A DNA stretch of 64,000 nt from Candidatus Omnitrophota bacterium. Its GTDB lineage: Bacteria; Omnitrophota; Gorgyraeia; Aquiviventales; JACQRC01. Made by a program: the position numbers and the translations under genes. The stretch covers positions 8,393 through 72,392 of the forward strand of contig JACQRC010000089.1 in assembly GCA_016206665.1 (NCBI GenBank), given 5' to 3'. The notes under the pieces were generated by a model. That model searched no databases. It worked only from the letters and a program-made list of their open reading frames with translations, and was not told the DNA's origin. Of this stretch, positions 9,201 through 15,900 are shown piece by piece. The stretch's first letter is position 1, and each line of letters opens with the position of its first letter.

Positions 9201-9235
9201 ACCTCCGCGGAACGTGGCCCGATTGAATTAAATAT
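9190..9235 (+). repeat. 46-bp repeat, copy 2, right of the 8733-9200 gene
   Basis: ggccaggttgaacctccgcggaacgtggcccgattgaattaaatat is a direct repeat of 8667-8712. Confidence 0.7.
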
Positions 9236-9276
9236 TGCGGCCCTCAAATCGTTTATTACTTTGGGTAATATTTTGC

Positions 9277-9305
9277 TTGACAAACATCCGGCCGGTTCGT
9301 ATAGT
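9277..9305 (+). promoter_or_regulatory. consensus sigma70 promoter TTGACA-N17-TATAGT driving the non-coding region upstream of the RT module
   Basis: Perfect -35 at 9277-9282, exact 17-nt spacer, TATAGT -10 at 9300-9305. The nearest ORF start is ~450 nt downstream. Confidence 0.6.
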
Positions 9306-9311
9306 GCTTCT

Positions 9312-9758
9312 GGTGGATCCGATGGGACCATCGGACGTTCGATCTTTGATAGCTGCTACCTCCTTTTACTTTTAGCGAGGCGCGGTACCAAGAGTCGCTG
9401 AGAAGCGGCTGACCAGCCTGCCCCATGAAGACACCGTCATCCAGGACAGCCAATAGTGCGGTTGTCAAGGAAGGCGGGGTCTGTACGAAGGAGCTGGCGC
9501 TGGGTTAGTGTTCGGGCATGTGGTAAGCCAGAGAATTAAGGTGACCTGAGGCCAGACCCACGTAGCAGAACACTGGAAGACCCGGAACCTGTTCCAGTTG
9601 GGCAAGCCTACCCGTGCGGGTAGGAAATGACGTAGGCAGGGGTTCCAGGATGTTTTGGAAGAAGACGGGATCGCTTCCCCTTCCCCGCGGTGCGCGCCGA
9701 GCTTATGCAGGGGTTCCGGGTGCGCAACCCGGCTAGCTGCAGAGGAGGTGATGAAACA
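9312..9758 (+). ncRNA. candidate structured non-coding RNA (retron msr-msd-like or other RT-associated ncRNA); boundaries approximate
   Basis: It lies between the strong promoter and the first plausible RBS/ATG (GGAGGTG..ATG at 9759), with no convincing ORF. Multiple perfect hairpins are present: ccgatgg-ga-ccatcgg (9320-9335), cctacccg-tgc-gggtagg (~9607-9625), ccgggt-gcgca-acccgg (~9714-9730) and actggaa..ttccagt (~9572-9598). ggggttccRgg is a direct repeat. Confidence 0.35.
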
Positions 9759-10004
9759 ATGAGTAAGTGGCAGCTTATTTCAAAGGTCCTGGAGTTGATC
9801 TCGAAGTTAGAAGAGATCATCACCAGCGAGGGGAAGCGAAATTCTGAAGCGTCTGAGCTTCAGGAGTGCAGGGGCGACCTCAGGACTCTGCTAAAAAAAC
9901 TGCGGAGCCCCGGCGAGTCGGTCAACCCGAACGAAGTTCTACTGCTGTCATATAAAGCCGTAGAACACATAGCCTCCTGGCTCGAAGGAAAAGAAGAGAA
10001 GTAG
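9759..10004 (+). CDS. small hypothetical helical protein (81 aa)
   Basis: AGGAGGTGA RBS 6-7 nt upstream of ATG 9759. Predicted charged/coiled-coil protein. May instead be part of the ncRNA. Confidence 0.35.
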   Translation: MSKWQLISKVLELISKLEEIITSEGKRNSEASELQECRGDLRTLLKKLRSPGESVNPNEVLLLSYKAVEHIASWLEGKEEK

Positions 10005-10116
10005 AAACGATCAGACGCGGAAGACCCGTCTTTACTTCCAACAATAAAGTTTCTCCTGCCATTTTTCCTTCCTTACAATACACCAAGAACCTAAAAAGCG
10101 AACAAGGACGAACATC

Positions 10117-10410
10117 ATGAACGTCGGTGAAGCAATAAAAACGCTGCGGGTGAGGCGGCAGATAACTCAAAAGTTCCTGGCAGAACGATGCGGGATTACG
10201 CAAGGCTTCCTATCCCTTGTTGAAAGAGGAGACAGGGAGCCAGGGTTTGACTTAGTTGAGAAGATATCAGAAACGCTAGGCGTCCCACCACAGCTTATAC
10301 TCCTGCTTGCTTGTGAGAAATACACGCGGGGCAAACGCTACTCAAAACCTTTAAGGAAGATTGCTTTGACTCTAGACGAGCTACTTCACGCCTATTCCGC
10401 CGCTTGCTAA
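10117..10410 (+). CDS. XRE-family HTH DNA-binding protein, translationally coupled to the reverse transcriptase
   Basis: HTH_XRE signature (ITQKFLAERCGITQGFLSLVERGDREP). Stop TAA overlaps the RT start codon (TAATG). Confidence 0.7.
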   Translation: MNVGEAIKTLRVRRQITQKFLAERCGITQGFLSLVERGDREPGFDLVEKISETLGVPPQLILLLACEKYTRGKRYSKPLRKIALTLDELLHAYSAAC

Positions 10411-11333
10411 TGCATCCTCATCGAGCAGGGTCCACCATTTTATCGCCTGAAGAATTCGGGCGAGTTTTGGGCTACGAGCCAGCCTTCCTCCAGGACATGG
10501 TTAAGAATATCGAAAAAAACTACAGCCCCTATTTGGATAGAACAGGAAAGAAGCCACGCTGGATTGCCAGACCATCTGAAACTCTTAAGGGCGTCCAGCG
10601 TAAGATTCTCGATAACTTCCTGGAACTGGTCTCGTTGCCGAATTACGTCATTGGTGGAGTAAAGGGAAGGAAACACGCAGAACATCCAAAGTTACACGTA
10701 GGCCACCCTATCGTTGTGACGCTTGACGTCAAAGATTGCTACCCCAATATCACTTATAAGCAAGTTCTCGAGGTGTTCCGCGAGATCGGATTCTCCAAAG
10801 AAGTTGCGGTTTTGGCTACACGGCTGACAACGTACAGACGTCGGCTACCGTTGGGTGCTCCTAGTAGTACTCAGCTTGCCAATTTAATACTGAAACCAGC
10901 GGTGACGCGTGTCTGCGCCCTCGCAGAACAGGCAGGATTGGATGTTGCGAGTCAGTATATAGATGATCTGGCTTTCTCGGGAGATCAACTGCCTAACGAT
11001 TTCATCACTCTGGCGATCCGAGAATTCTCAAGACACATGATTAAGATTAACCGCAAGAAAATTCAAGTTATGCGTAGAGGCCATACACAACTTGTGACAA
11101 GAAGGCTGGTGAATGCTCGGGTCGCTCTGCCCACAAAGGAAAGACACAGAGTTAGGGCTGCACTTCACCAGCTCGGTAAGCTTGAAGCAAGTGATTCCTC
11201 ATATAGCAAGCAGTTCCTCAGTGTGCGTGGACGGATTCTCTCTTTAAGGAAATTACATCCACATCTTGGGCAACGTCTGATGGCGCAGCTCAACAGTCTG
11301 CAGAAGTCCACAACCAAGAAAACATCGCACTAA
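10410..11333 (+). CDS. retron-type reverse transcriptase (~307 aa, Ec86-like)
   Basis: RT motifs are present: 1-2 IVVTLDVKDCYPNI, 4 LPLGAPSSTQLANLIL, 5 YIDDLAFSG (YxDD). A retron-like C-terminal region is present (KKIQVM..QLVTRRLVN, corresponding to the VTG motif). The block order and many residues parallel the E. coli Ec86 retron RT. There is no maturase/X or endonuclease domain. Confidence 0.8.
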   Translation: MHPHRAGSTILSPEEFGRVLGYEPAFLQDMVKNIEKNYSPYLDRTGKKPRWIARPSETLKGVQRKILDNFLELVSLPNYVIGGVKGRKHAEHPKLHVGHPIVVTLDVKDCYPNITYKQVLEVFREIGFSKEVAVLATRLTTYRRRLPLGAPSSTQLANLILKPAVTRVCALAEQAGLDVASQYIDDLAFSGDQLPNDFITLAIREFSRHMIKINRKKIQVMRRGHTQLVTRRLVNARVALPTKERHRVRAALHQLGKLEASDSSYSKQFLSVRGRILSLRKLHPHLGQRLMAQLNSLQKSTTKKTSH

Positions 11334-11554
11334 TCTGCACTAGTGCCTTCCCGCGCGATAATAGGCCAAAAGAAACCGTACGGTGCTCCAGGGGGGCTGA
11401 CTATCCGTGAAAGCGCAGCGTTGCCAATGACCGCCAAAGTTATAGCCCAGAGAAAATTCGGATCGGCGCTATCATCTTGAATTCGAGGAATGCATCACCT
11501 AACTACAGGCCGAAATAATTTCCGTGTCCCTGAATTTTAAAGGGGGAAGTTTCA

Positions 11555-12202
11555 ATGGTAAAACTTTTCCTCGATATAGAAACCCTGCCCGCTGAAGAGT
11601 CCTTCAAAGCTGAAATTCAGAAGGGGATTCTTGCGCCGCGGGGTCCTAAAAAGAAGGCGGCAAAGGTCGCCGCGGCGCCAGCGACACCTAAGGAACTGGA
11701 AGAGCAATTGCGACAAACGGCCCTCAGCGGGGACTTTGGGCGAATTCTCTGTATTGGATACTGTAAAGAACCTCCTGCGGGGAGTTCTGCTGAGATACTG
11801 CAGGGTGGCGAGCGCGAGATATTGGAAAAGTTTTGGGTGATTGCGAGAGATGTCGATCTTTTTATTGGGCACAACGTTATGGAGTTCGATTTAAGGTTCA
11901 TCTACAAAAGGTCGATCATTCACAAAGTGAGGCCGACGAAAAACGATTTGAGCTTCGCACGATATCGCAGCCAACCAATCTACGACATCATGCGAGAGTG
12001 GGAAAAGTGGGACGTACAGACGTACACCTCTCTTGACAGAATGGCCAAAGTTTTGGGATTGGAGACTTCAAAGAAGGGACTGTCTGGAGACAAGGTTTAC
12101 GACGCTTTCCTGGCTGGGAAACTTAATGAGATCTACGAATATTGCAAGGCGGATGTTGAGCTGACGAGGCAGATTTATAAGCGAATGAATTTCGAGATCT
12201 AG
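11555..12202 (+). CDS. predicted 3'-5' exonuclease related to the exonuclease domain of family-B DNA polymerases (DEDD/RNase H-like fold)
   Basis: N-terminal LFLDIETLP (Exo I DxE). A C-terminal YCKADVELT (Exo III YxxxD) is present. Length ~215 aa, typical of stand-alone PolB-like exonucleases; low GC like the RT. Confidence 0.65.
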   Translation: MVKLFLDIETLPAEESFKAEIQKGILAPRGPKKKAAKVAAAPATPKELEEQLRQTALSGDFGRILCIGYCKEPPAGSSAEILQGGEREILEKFWVIARDVDLFIGHNVMEFDLRFIYKRSIIHKVRPTKNDLSFARYRSQPIYDIMREWEKWDVQTYTSLDRMAKVLGLETSKKGLSGDKVYDAFLAGKLNEIYEYCKADVELTRQIYKRMNFEI

Positions 12203-12382
12203 TAAAGGTACCAGCTTCCTCCGTGCCAGGTTAACCGAAGCATAGCTGATGAGCACAAAACTAATTGACCCAGACAAAATCCAGATCGGCGACGTGGTGT
12301 TGGTGGCCACGCGGAATCGGATTACGGAGTGGGTGCAACGGAAGCTGGGGTTTGGGGATCGGAGGGCCGTTGAGGACGACAC

Positions 12383-12417
12383 TTGACATGCATAAAAACT
12401 CATGCTATCTTATGCAT
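12383..12417 (+). promoter_or_regulatory. sigma70-like promoter (TTGACA-N17-TATCTT) overlapped by the inverted repeat ATGCATAA-N14-TTATGCAT (operator) for vapBC
   Basis: -35 at 12383-12388, -10 at 12406-12411. Palindromic arms lie at 12388-12395 and 12410-12417. Confidence 0.5.
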
Positions 12418-12430
12418 TGGAGGTGACCCC

Positions 12431-12631
12431 ATGCGGACGACCCTGGACATCAACGCGCGGTTGCTGCGGGACGCCATGCGGCGCGCCCGCCTCAAGACGA
12501 AGACCGAGACGGTGGAGCGCGGGCTGGAGGAGCTCATCAATACCGAGCGGCGCCGGCGGCTGATCCGAGCCCGGGGCGCGGGTTACGGATTGACCTTCGA
12601 GGACTTCCTGCGTTCCCGCCGGGATGAGTAG
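12431..12631 (+). CDS. vapB: type II antitoxin, VapB-like
   Basis: Small Arg-rich protein immediately upstream of, and overlapping by 8 nt, a PIN-domain gene. ATG at 12431 follows the GGAGGTGA RBS. Confidence 0.7.
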   Translation: MRTTLDINARLLRDAMRRARLKTKTETVERGLEELINTERRRRLIRARGAGYGLTFEDFLRSRRDE

Positions 12632-13028
12632 ACAGCTCGTCCTCGCGGACACCTCGGTCTGGGTGGCGCACCTGACCGGGCGTCACACAGCGGTGACGAA
12701 CGCCCTGCAAGAGCTCCTGTCCGCACACCGCGTGGCCGTCAATGCCGTGATTCGGCTCGAGCTGTTGACCGGCGCCCGGGACGAGGCCCAGTACGCCGAA
12801 CTCGATGACGCCCTGGGCGGCTTGCACGCGGTGGAGCTGACGGAGGCCGTCTGGCGCCAGGCCGAGCGGCTGCGGTTCGACTTGCGACGGCGCGGGCGGT
12901 TGATTCCCGCCCTGGATGTGCTCATCGCCTCCTGCGCGATGGCGTATGATTGCGCCGTGCTGCATGCCGACCGCCACTTCGACTTCATCGCGCGCAGCGC
13001 TCCACTGACGATTCATCAGCCCGCCTAA
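12624..13028 (+). CDS. vapC: type II toxin VapC (PIN-domain ribonuclease)
   Basis: PIN-domain acidic residues (LADTSVW.., ..LELLTGA.., ..PALDVLIAS..) and size ~134 aa. Confidence 0.8.
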   Translation: MSRQLVLADTSVWVAHLTGRHTAVTNALQELLSAHRVAVNAVIRLELLTGARDEAQYAELDDALGGLHAVELTEAVWRQAERLRFDLRRRGRLIPALDVLIASCAMAYDCAVLHADRHFDFIARSAPLTIHQPA

Positions 13029-13306
13029 GTGCTTGCCGTGGAAGCCGTACCAGGTTCCAGGGGGACAGGTTATCAGTCAAAGTACCAGGGCACTTGGTGC
13101 CAGGGTGAGGAGACCGGCGCATGGGAAAATCCTTGCCTTCAGCTTTGGCCGGCCTATAATATCATTACCCTTCCGTACGAAGCGATCTTATCGTGGAGAT
13201 GTTACCCGCGGCAGGGGCGAGACCTGGAGGGTGTGGCAGGCAGGTCGCCGGCGGGTAGCTACATCGTCCACGATCCTACCAGGCCCACTTTCATGTTATA
13301 CTTAGC

Positions 13307-13564
13307 GTGAGTGAACCGTACGACCCTACGGCCTTTCAGGAGATCATCTGTACCGGCCACGCCCGTGAACGCATGGAGAAGCGCGGCGTCAGCCGGGACG
13401 ATGTGGAGACGACACTGCAGCGTCCCGATGTCATCTTGCCGGTCATGCCGGATGGGACGAGAGAATTGCGCCGGCGTATCGGGCGGCGAGTGCATTATGT
13501 CGTCATCGCCCTGAAGCGCCAGCAGGCTATCTTGATTACCACGGGGTGGAGCCGAGAACCATGA
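13307..13564 (+). CDS. DUF4258-family protein (putative toxin of a TA pair)
   Basis: CTGHARERMEKRGVSRDDVE motif characteristic of DUF4258. Overlaps the downstream partner gene. Confidence 0.5.
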   Translation: MSEPYDPTAFQEIICTGHARERMEKRGVSRDDVETTLQRPDVILPVMPDGTRELRRRIGRRVHYVVIALKRQQAILITTGWSREP

Positions 13565-13857
13565 AACCGAGCAAATTTGCCGAGCATCCCACCGTCAAGC
13601 TGGTGACCTATGACCCGGTGGCCCACGCCGCCTACTTCCTGTTCGAGGACCGGCCGGTGGCCGAGACCAAAAAGTTTAACGCCTATATCTCGTTAGATTT
13701 GGATGAGGCCGGCCGGTTGATCGGCATCGAGGTGCTGCACCTGAATGGTTCCAAGCTGCATGAGGTGGAGGAGGCTCTTCAAGAGGTCGCGCGAATGTTT
13801 CGGCGGCCCGAAGTTACCCACATTCACCTCGACGCCCTGCAGGAAGCTTTTCAGTAA
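13546..13857 (+). CDS. DUF2283-family protein (putative antitoxin partner)
   Basis: VTYDPVAHAAYFLF..DLDEAGRLIGIEVL pattern typical of DUF2283. This pairing with DUF4258 is common. Confidence 0.5.
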   Translation: MEPRTMKPSKFAEHPTVKLVTYDPVAHAAYFLFEDRPVAETKKFNAYISLDLDEAGRLIGIEVLHLNGSKLHEVEEALQEVARMFRRPEVTHIHLDALQEAFQ

Positions 13858-13941
13858 ACACGGTACGCCTACCATCTCTCCTACGAAACAGCGCAAGGTC
13901 AATTGATGTGCCATAAAAATACCAGCCACCTCGGTACCAGG

Positions 13942-14535
13942 ATGAGGCTGCCGATGCTACGGCGCTGGGTGCAGGTGGGCGCGGGTCTGGTCTGTTGTCA
14001 CGCGATACTGTCAGGAGGTGAGATGATGGGCACGGCGCACGCGAGTGAGACGGAGAAGGCCAAGGTGGCGGTCGGGCAGACCGCGCCCGAGTTTACGCTC
14101 TTGGATCAAGCCGGCCAGCCCCAGCGGTTGGCCGACTACCGGGGGCAGTGGGTGCTGGTCTACTTTTATCCCAAGGATGATACGCCCGGCTGCACGAAGG
14201 AGGCCTGCGGTCTCCGGGATCGCTTCGCGGAGTTCAAGAAGCTCAAGGCGGTCGTGTTAGGGGTGAGCGCGGATTCGGTGGAGAGCCACAAGAAGTTTGC
14301 CGACAAGTTCACGCTGCCGTTTCCCCTGCTCGCCGACACCCAGAAGCAGGTCGTGCAGGCCTACGGGGTGTGGGGGCAGAAGTCGTTCATGGGCAAGACG
14401 TACCTGGGGATCAGCCGCAGCTCATTTCTCATCGATCCGCAGGGGAAGATCGCGAAAATCTATCCGAAGGTCAAGCCCGAAGAGCACACGGCGGAGATCC
14501 TGCAGGATTTGGCGCAGCTCGGCGCGCGCGGCTGA
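13942..14535 (+). CDS. bcp: thiol peroxidase Bcp (peroxiredoxin Q family) with N-terminal signal/extension
   Basis: Peroxidatic motif FYPKDDTPGCTKEAC and AhpC/TSA fold. The start could also be ATG 13903. Confidence 0.8.
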   Translation: MRLPMLRRWVQVGAGLVCCHAILSGGEMMGTAHASETEKAKVAVGQTAPEFTLLDQAGQPQRLADYRGQWVLVYFYPKDDTPGCTKEACGLRDRFAEFKKLKAVVLGVSADSVESHKKFADKFTLPFPLLADTQKQVVQAYGVWGQKSFMGKTYLGISRSSFLIDPQGKIAKIYPKVKPEEHTAEILQDLAQLGARG

Positions 14536-14539
14536 TGCG

Positions 14540-15433
14540 ATGCAGGTGACGGTGCGCGTGACGGCGCGATCGAGACGGCCGGGTATCGTCCAACAGGGCG
14601 ATGGCAGCCTCCACGTCCGAGTGACGGCGCCGGCGGAGGGCGGGCGGGCGAATGCGGCGGTCATCGCAGCGCTGGCGCGCCACTTCGGCGTGCCGAAGCA
14701 GGCGGTCGCCATCGTGCGCGGCCACACGAACCGGCAAAAAGTGGTGGAGATTGCGCGGGAAGGAGTGACGATGCGAAACAAGCCATGGAGGGTGGTGGCC
14801 ATCGTGGCCATGGCCGGCTGGCTGGTGGCCGGTCAGGCCTTGGCGGCGACGACGAAGGATAAAGAGGGGCTGTTGGCGCTGGGCGCGAAGGCGCCGGGGT
14901 TTGCGTTGCAGGATGTGGTGACGCTTCGGGAATGGTCACTGAAGGACTGGGCCGACAAGGAAGTTCTCGTCGTCATGTTTATTTGTCGCCATTGTCCGTA
15001 TGTGCAGCGAGTCAAGGGCGGGTTAGCGCAGTTGGGCAGGGATTATGCCGACAAAGATGTGGGGATTGCGGCGATTAGCAGCAATGATCCGAAGGCGATC
15101 CCAGAGGATAGCCCGGGGAAGTTAAAGGGGATGGCGCTGGAAGAGGGGTTTGTGTTTCCGTTGCTGTTCGATGAGACCCAGAAGGTTGCGGCGGCCTACA
15201 CGGCGCTGTGCACGCCGGATATCTTCGTCTTCGATGCGCAGCGGCGGCTGGTCTACCGTGGCCAGTTCGACGATGCCCGGCCGGGCAACCGCTCACCGGT
15301 GACCGGCCAAGACGTCCGCGCCGCCATCGAGGCGGTCCTGGCGGGCCAGCCCGTTTCCTCCAATCAGCGCCCCAGCGTCGGCTGCGGGATTAAGTGGCAA
15401 CCCGGCCGCGAGCCGGCATACACCCGACGATAA
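14540..15433 (+). CDS. DUF167 (YggU-like) domain fused in frame to a membrane/secreted thioredoxin-like (TlpA/redoxin, CxxC) domain
   Basis: The N-terminal 76 aa match DUF167 (VRVTA..DGSLHVRVTAPAEGGRANAAVIAALARHFGVPK..VRGHTNRQKVVEI). The same frame then continues without a stop into MRNKPWRVVAIVAMAGWLVAG (signal/TM) and a redoxin domain with FICRHCPY. An alternative internal start at ATG 14779 is preceded by GGAAGGAG. Confidence 0.5.
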   Translation: MQVTVRVTARSRRPGIVQQGDGSLHVRVTAPAEGGRANAAVIAALARHFGVPKQAVAIVRGHTNRQKVVEIAREGVTMRNKPWRVVAIVAMAGWLVAGQALAATTKDKEGLLALGAKAPGFALQDVVTLREWSLKDWADKEVLVVMFICRHCPYVQRVKGGLAQLGRDYADKDVGIAAISSNDPKAIPEDSPGKLKGMALEEGFVFPLLFDETQKVAAAYTALCTPDIFVFDAQRRLVYRGQFDDARPGNRSPVTGQDVRAAIEAVLAGQPVSSNQRPSVGCGIKWQPGREPAYTRR

Positions 15434-15636
15434 GATCGGGTGAGGCTCGTCCACCGAGGTTGTGATTACCATCGTCTTCGTCTGCTCCAACAGTCAATCT
15501 GTTGCGACTTTTCAACATCTGCTCTCCACTCTAAGCCTACCCAGCGAGGCTCCCCCGTTGCCATCCAGTCGTAAGTAACAGATAACAGCATATAAATAAA
15601 CAGGTTATAGATTTCGGGCTCTTCCAAGCCAGAGAG

Positions 15637-15655
15637 TTGGCATGCCATCTGCTTC
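15637..15655 (+). promoter_or_regulatory. candidate sigma54 (-24/-12) promoter TTGGCAT-N5-CTGCT upstream of the EPS operon
   Basis: GG (15639-15640) and GC (15651-15652) are separated by exactly 10 nt. It lies in an AT-rich intergenic region 55 bp upstream of the MerR-like HTH gene. rpoN and an NtrC-type activator are encoded in the same locus. Confidence 0.4.
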
Positions 15656-15710
15656 TATGTCTGTCATAGACAGTCCAAGTCGAACTTATCTATTAGGAGG
15701 CGTTAGACAG

Positions 15711-15893
15711 ATGGTACCAGGCCGGTTGAGCATCACCGAGGTGGCGAGGCAGCTCAGCGTGACGACGAAGACCATCACGCGCTGGGAGAAGGCCGGTAAG
15801 ATCAAGTCGGCCAAGCGGGATTATCGCGGCTGGCGCGTCTATTCGCCGGAAGAGGTCCAGACGATCAAGAGTCTGGTGGAAACGGTCTATTAA
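15711..15893 (+). CDS. MerR/excisionase-family HTH DNA-binding protein
   Basis: LSITEVARQLSVTTKTITRWEKAGKI..RDYRGWRVYSPEEV matches the MerR/Xis-type HTH_17 pattern. The ORF-track start at 15642 (TTG) is probably too far upstream. Confidence 0.55.
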   Translation: MVPGRLSITEVARQLSVTTKTITRWEKAGKIKSAKRDYRGWRVYSPEEVQTIKSLVETVY

Positions 15894-15900
15894 GGTAGGG

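Noticed and set aside
8667-9235. Possible CRISPR array suggested by the repeated 46-bp element
   Set aside because: Only two copies exist, 523 bp apart, with a full protein-coding gene between them. No regular spacer architecture and no cas genes are present.
10410-11333. Group II intron or diversity-generating retroelement interpretation of the RT
   Set aside because: The RT is only ~307 aa, with no maturase/X or endonuclease domain and no intron domain V or VI structures. There is no template/variable repeat pair or accessory Avd-like gene nearby. The motif order and sequence best resemble retron RTs.
12245-12382. 45-aa ORF (MSTKLIDPDKIQIGDVVLVATRN...) at the right edge of the low-GC island
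   Set aside because: Too short and without recognisable motifs to call a gene. It is noted only as a possible gene remnant marking the island boundary.
13029-13310. Two overlapping ~90-aa ORFs and ccaggg repeats between vapC and the DUF4258 gene
   Set aside because: Overlapping frames with poor codon usage and no motifs. The region is more likely an intergenic or promoter region (it contains a TATAAT box).
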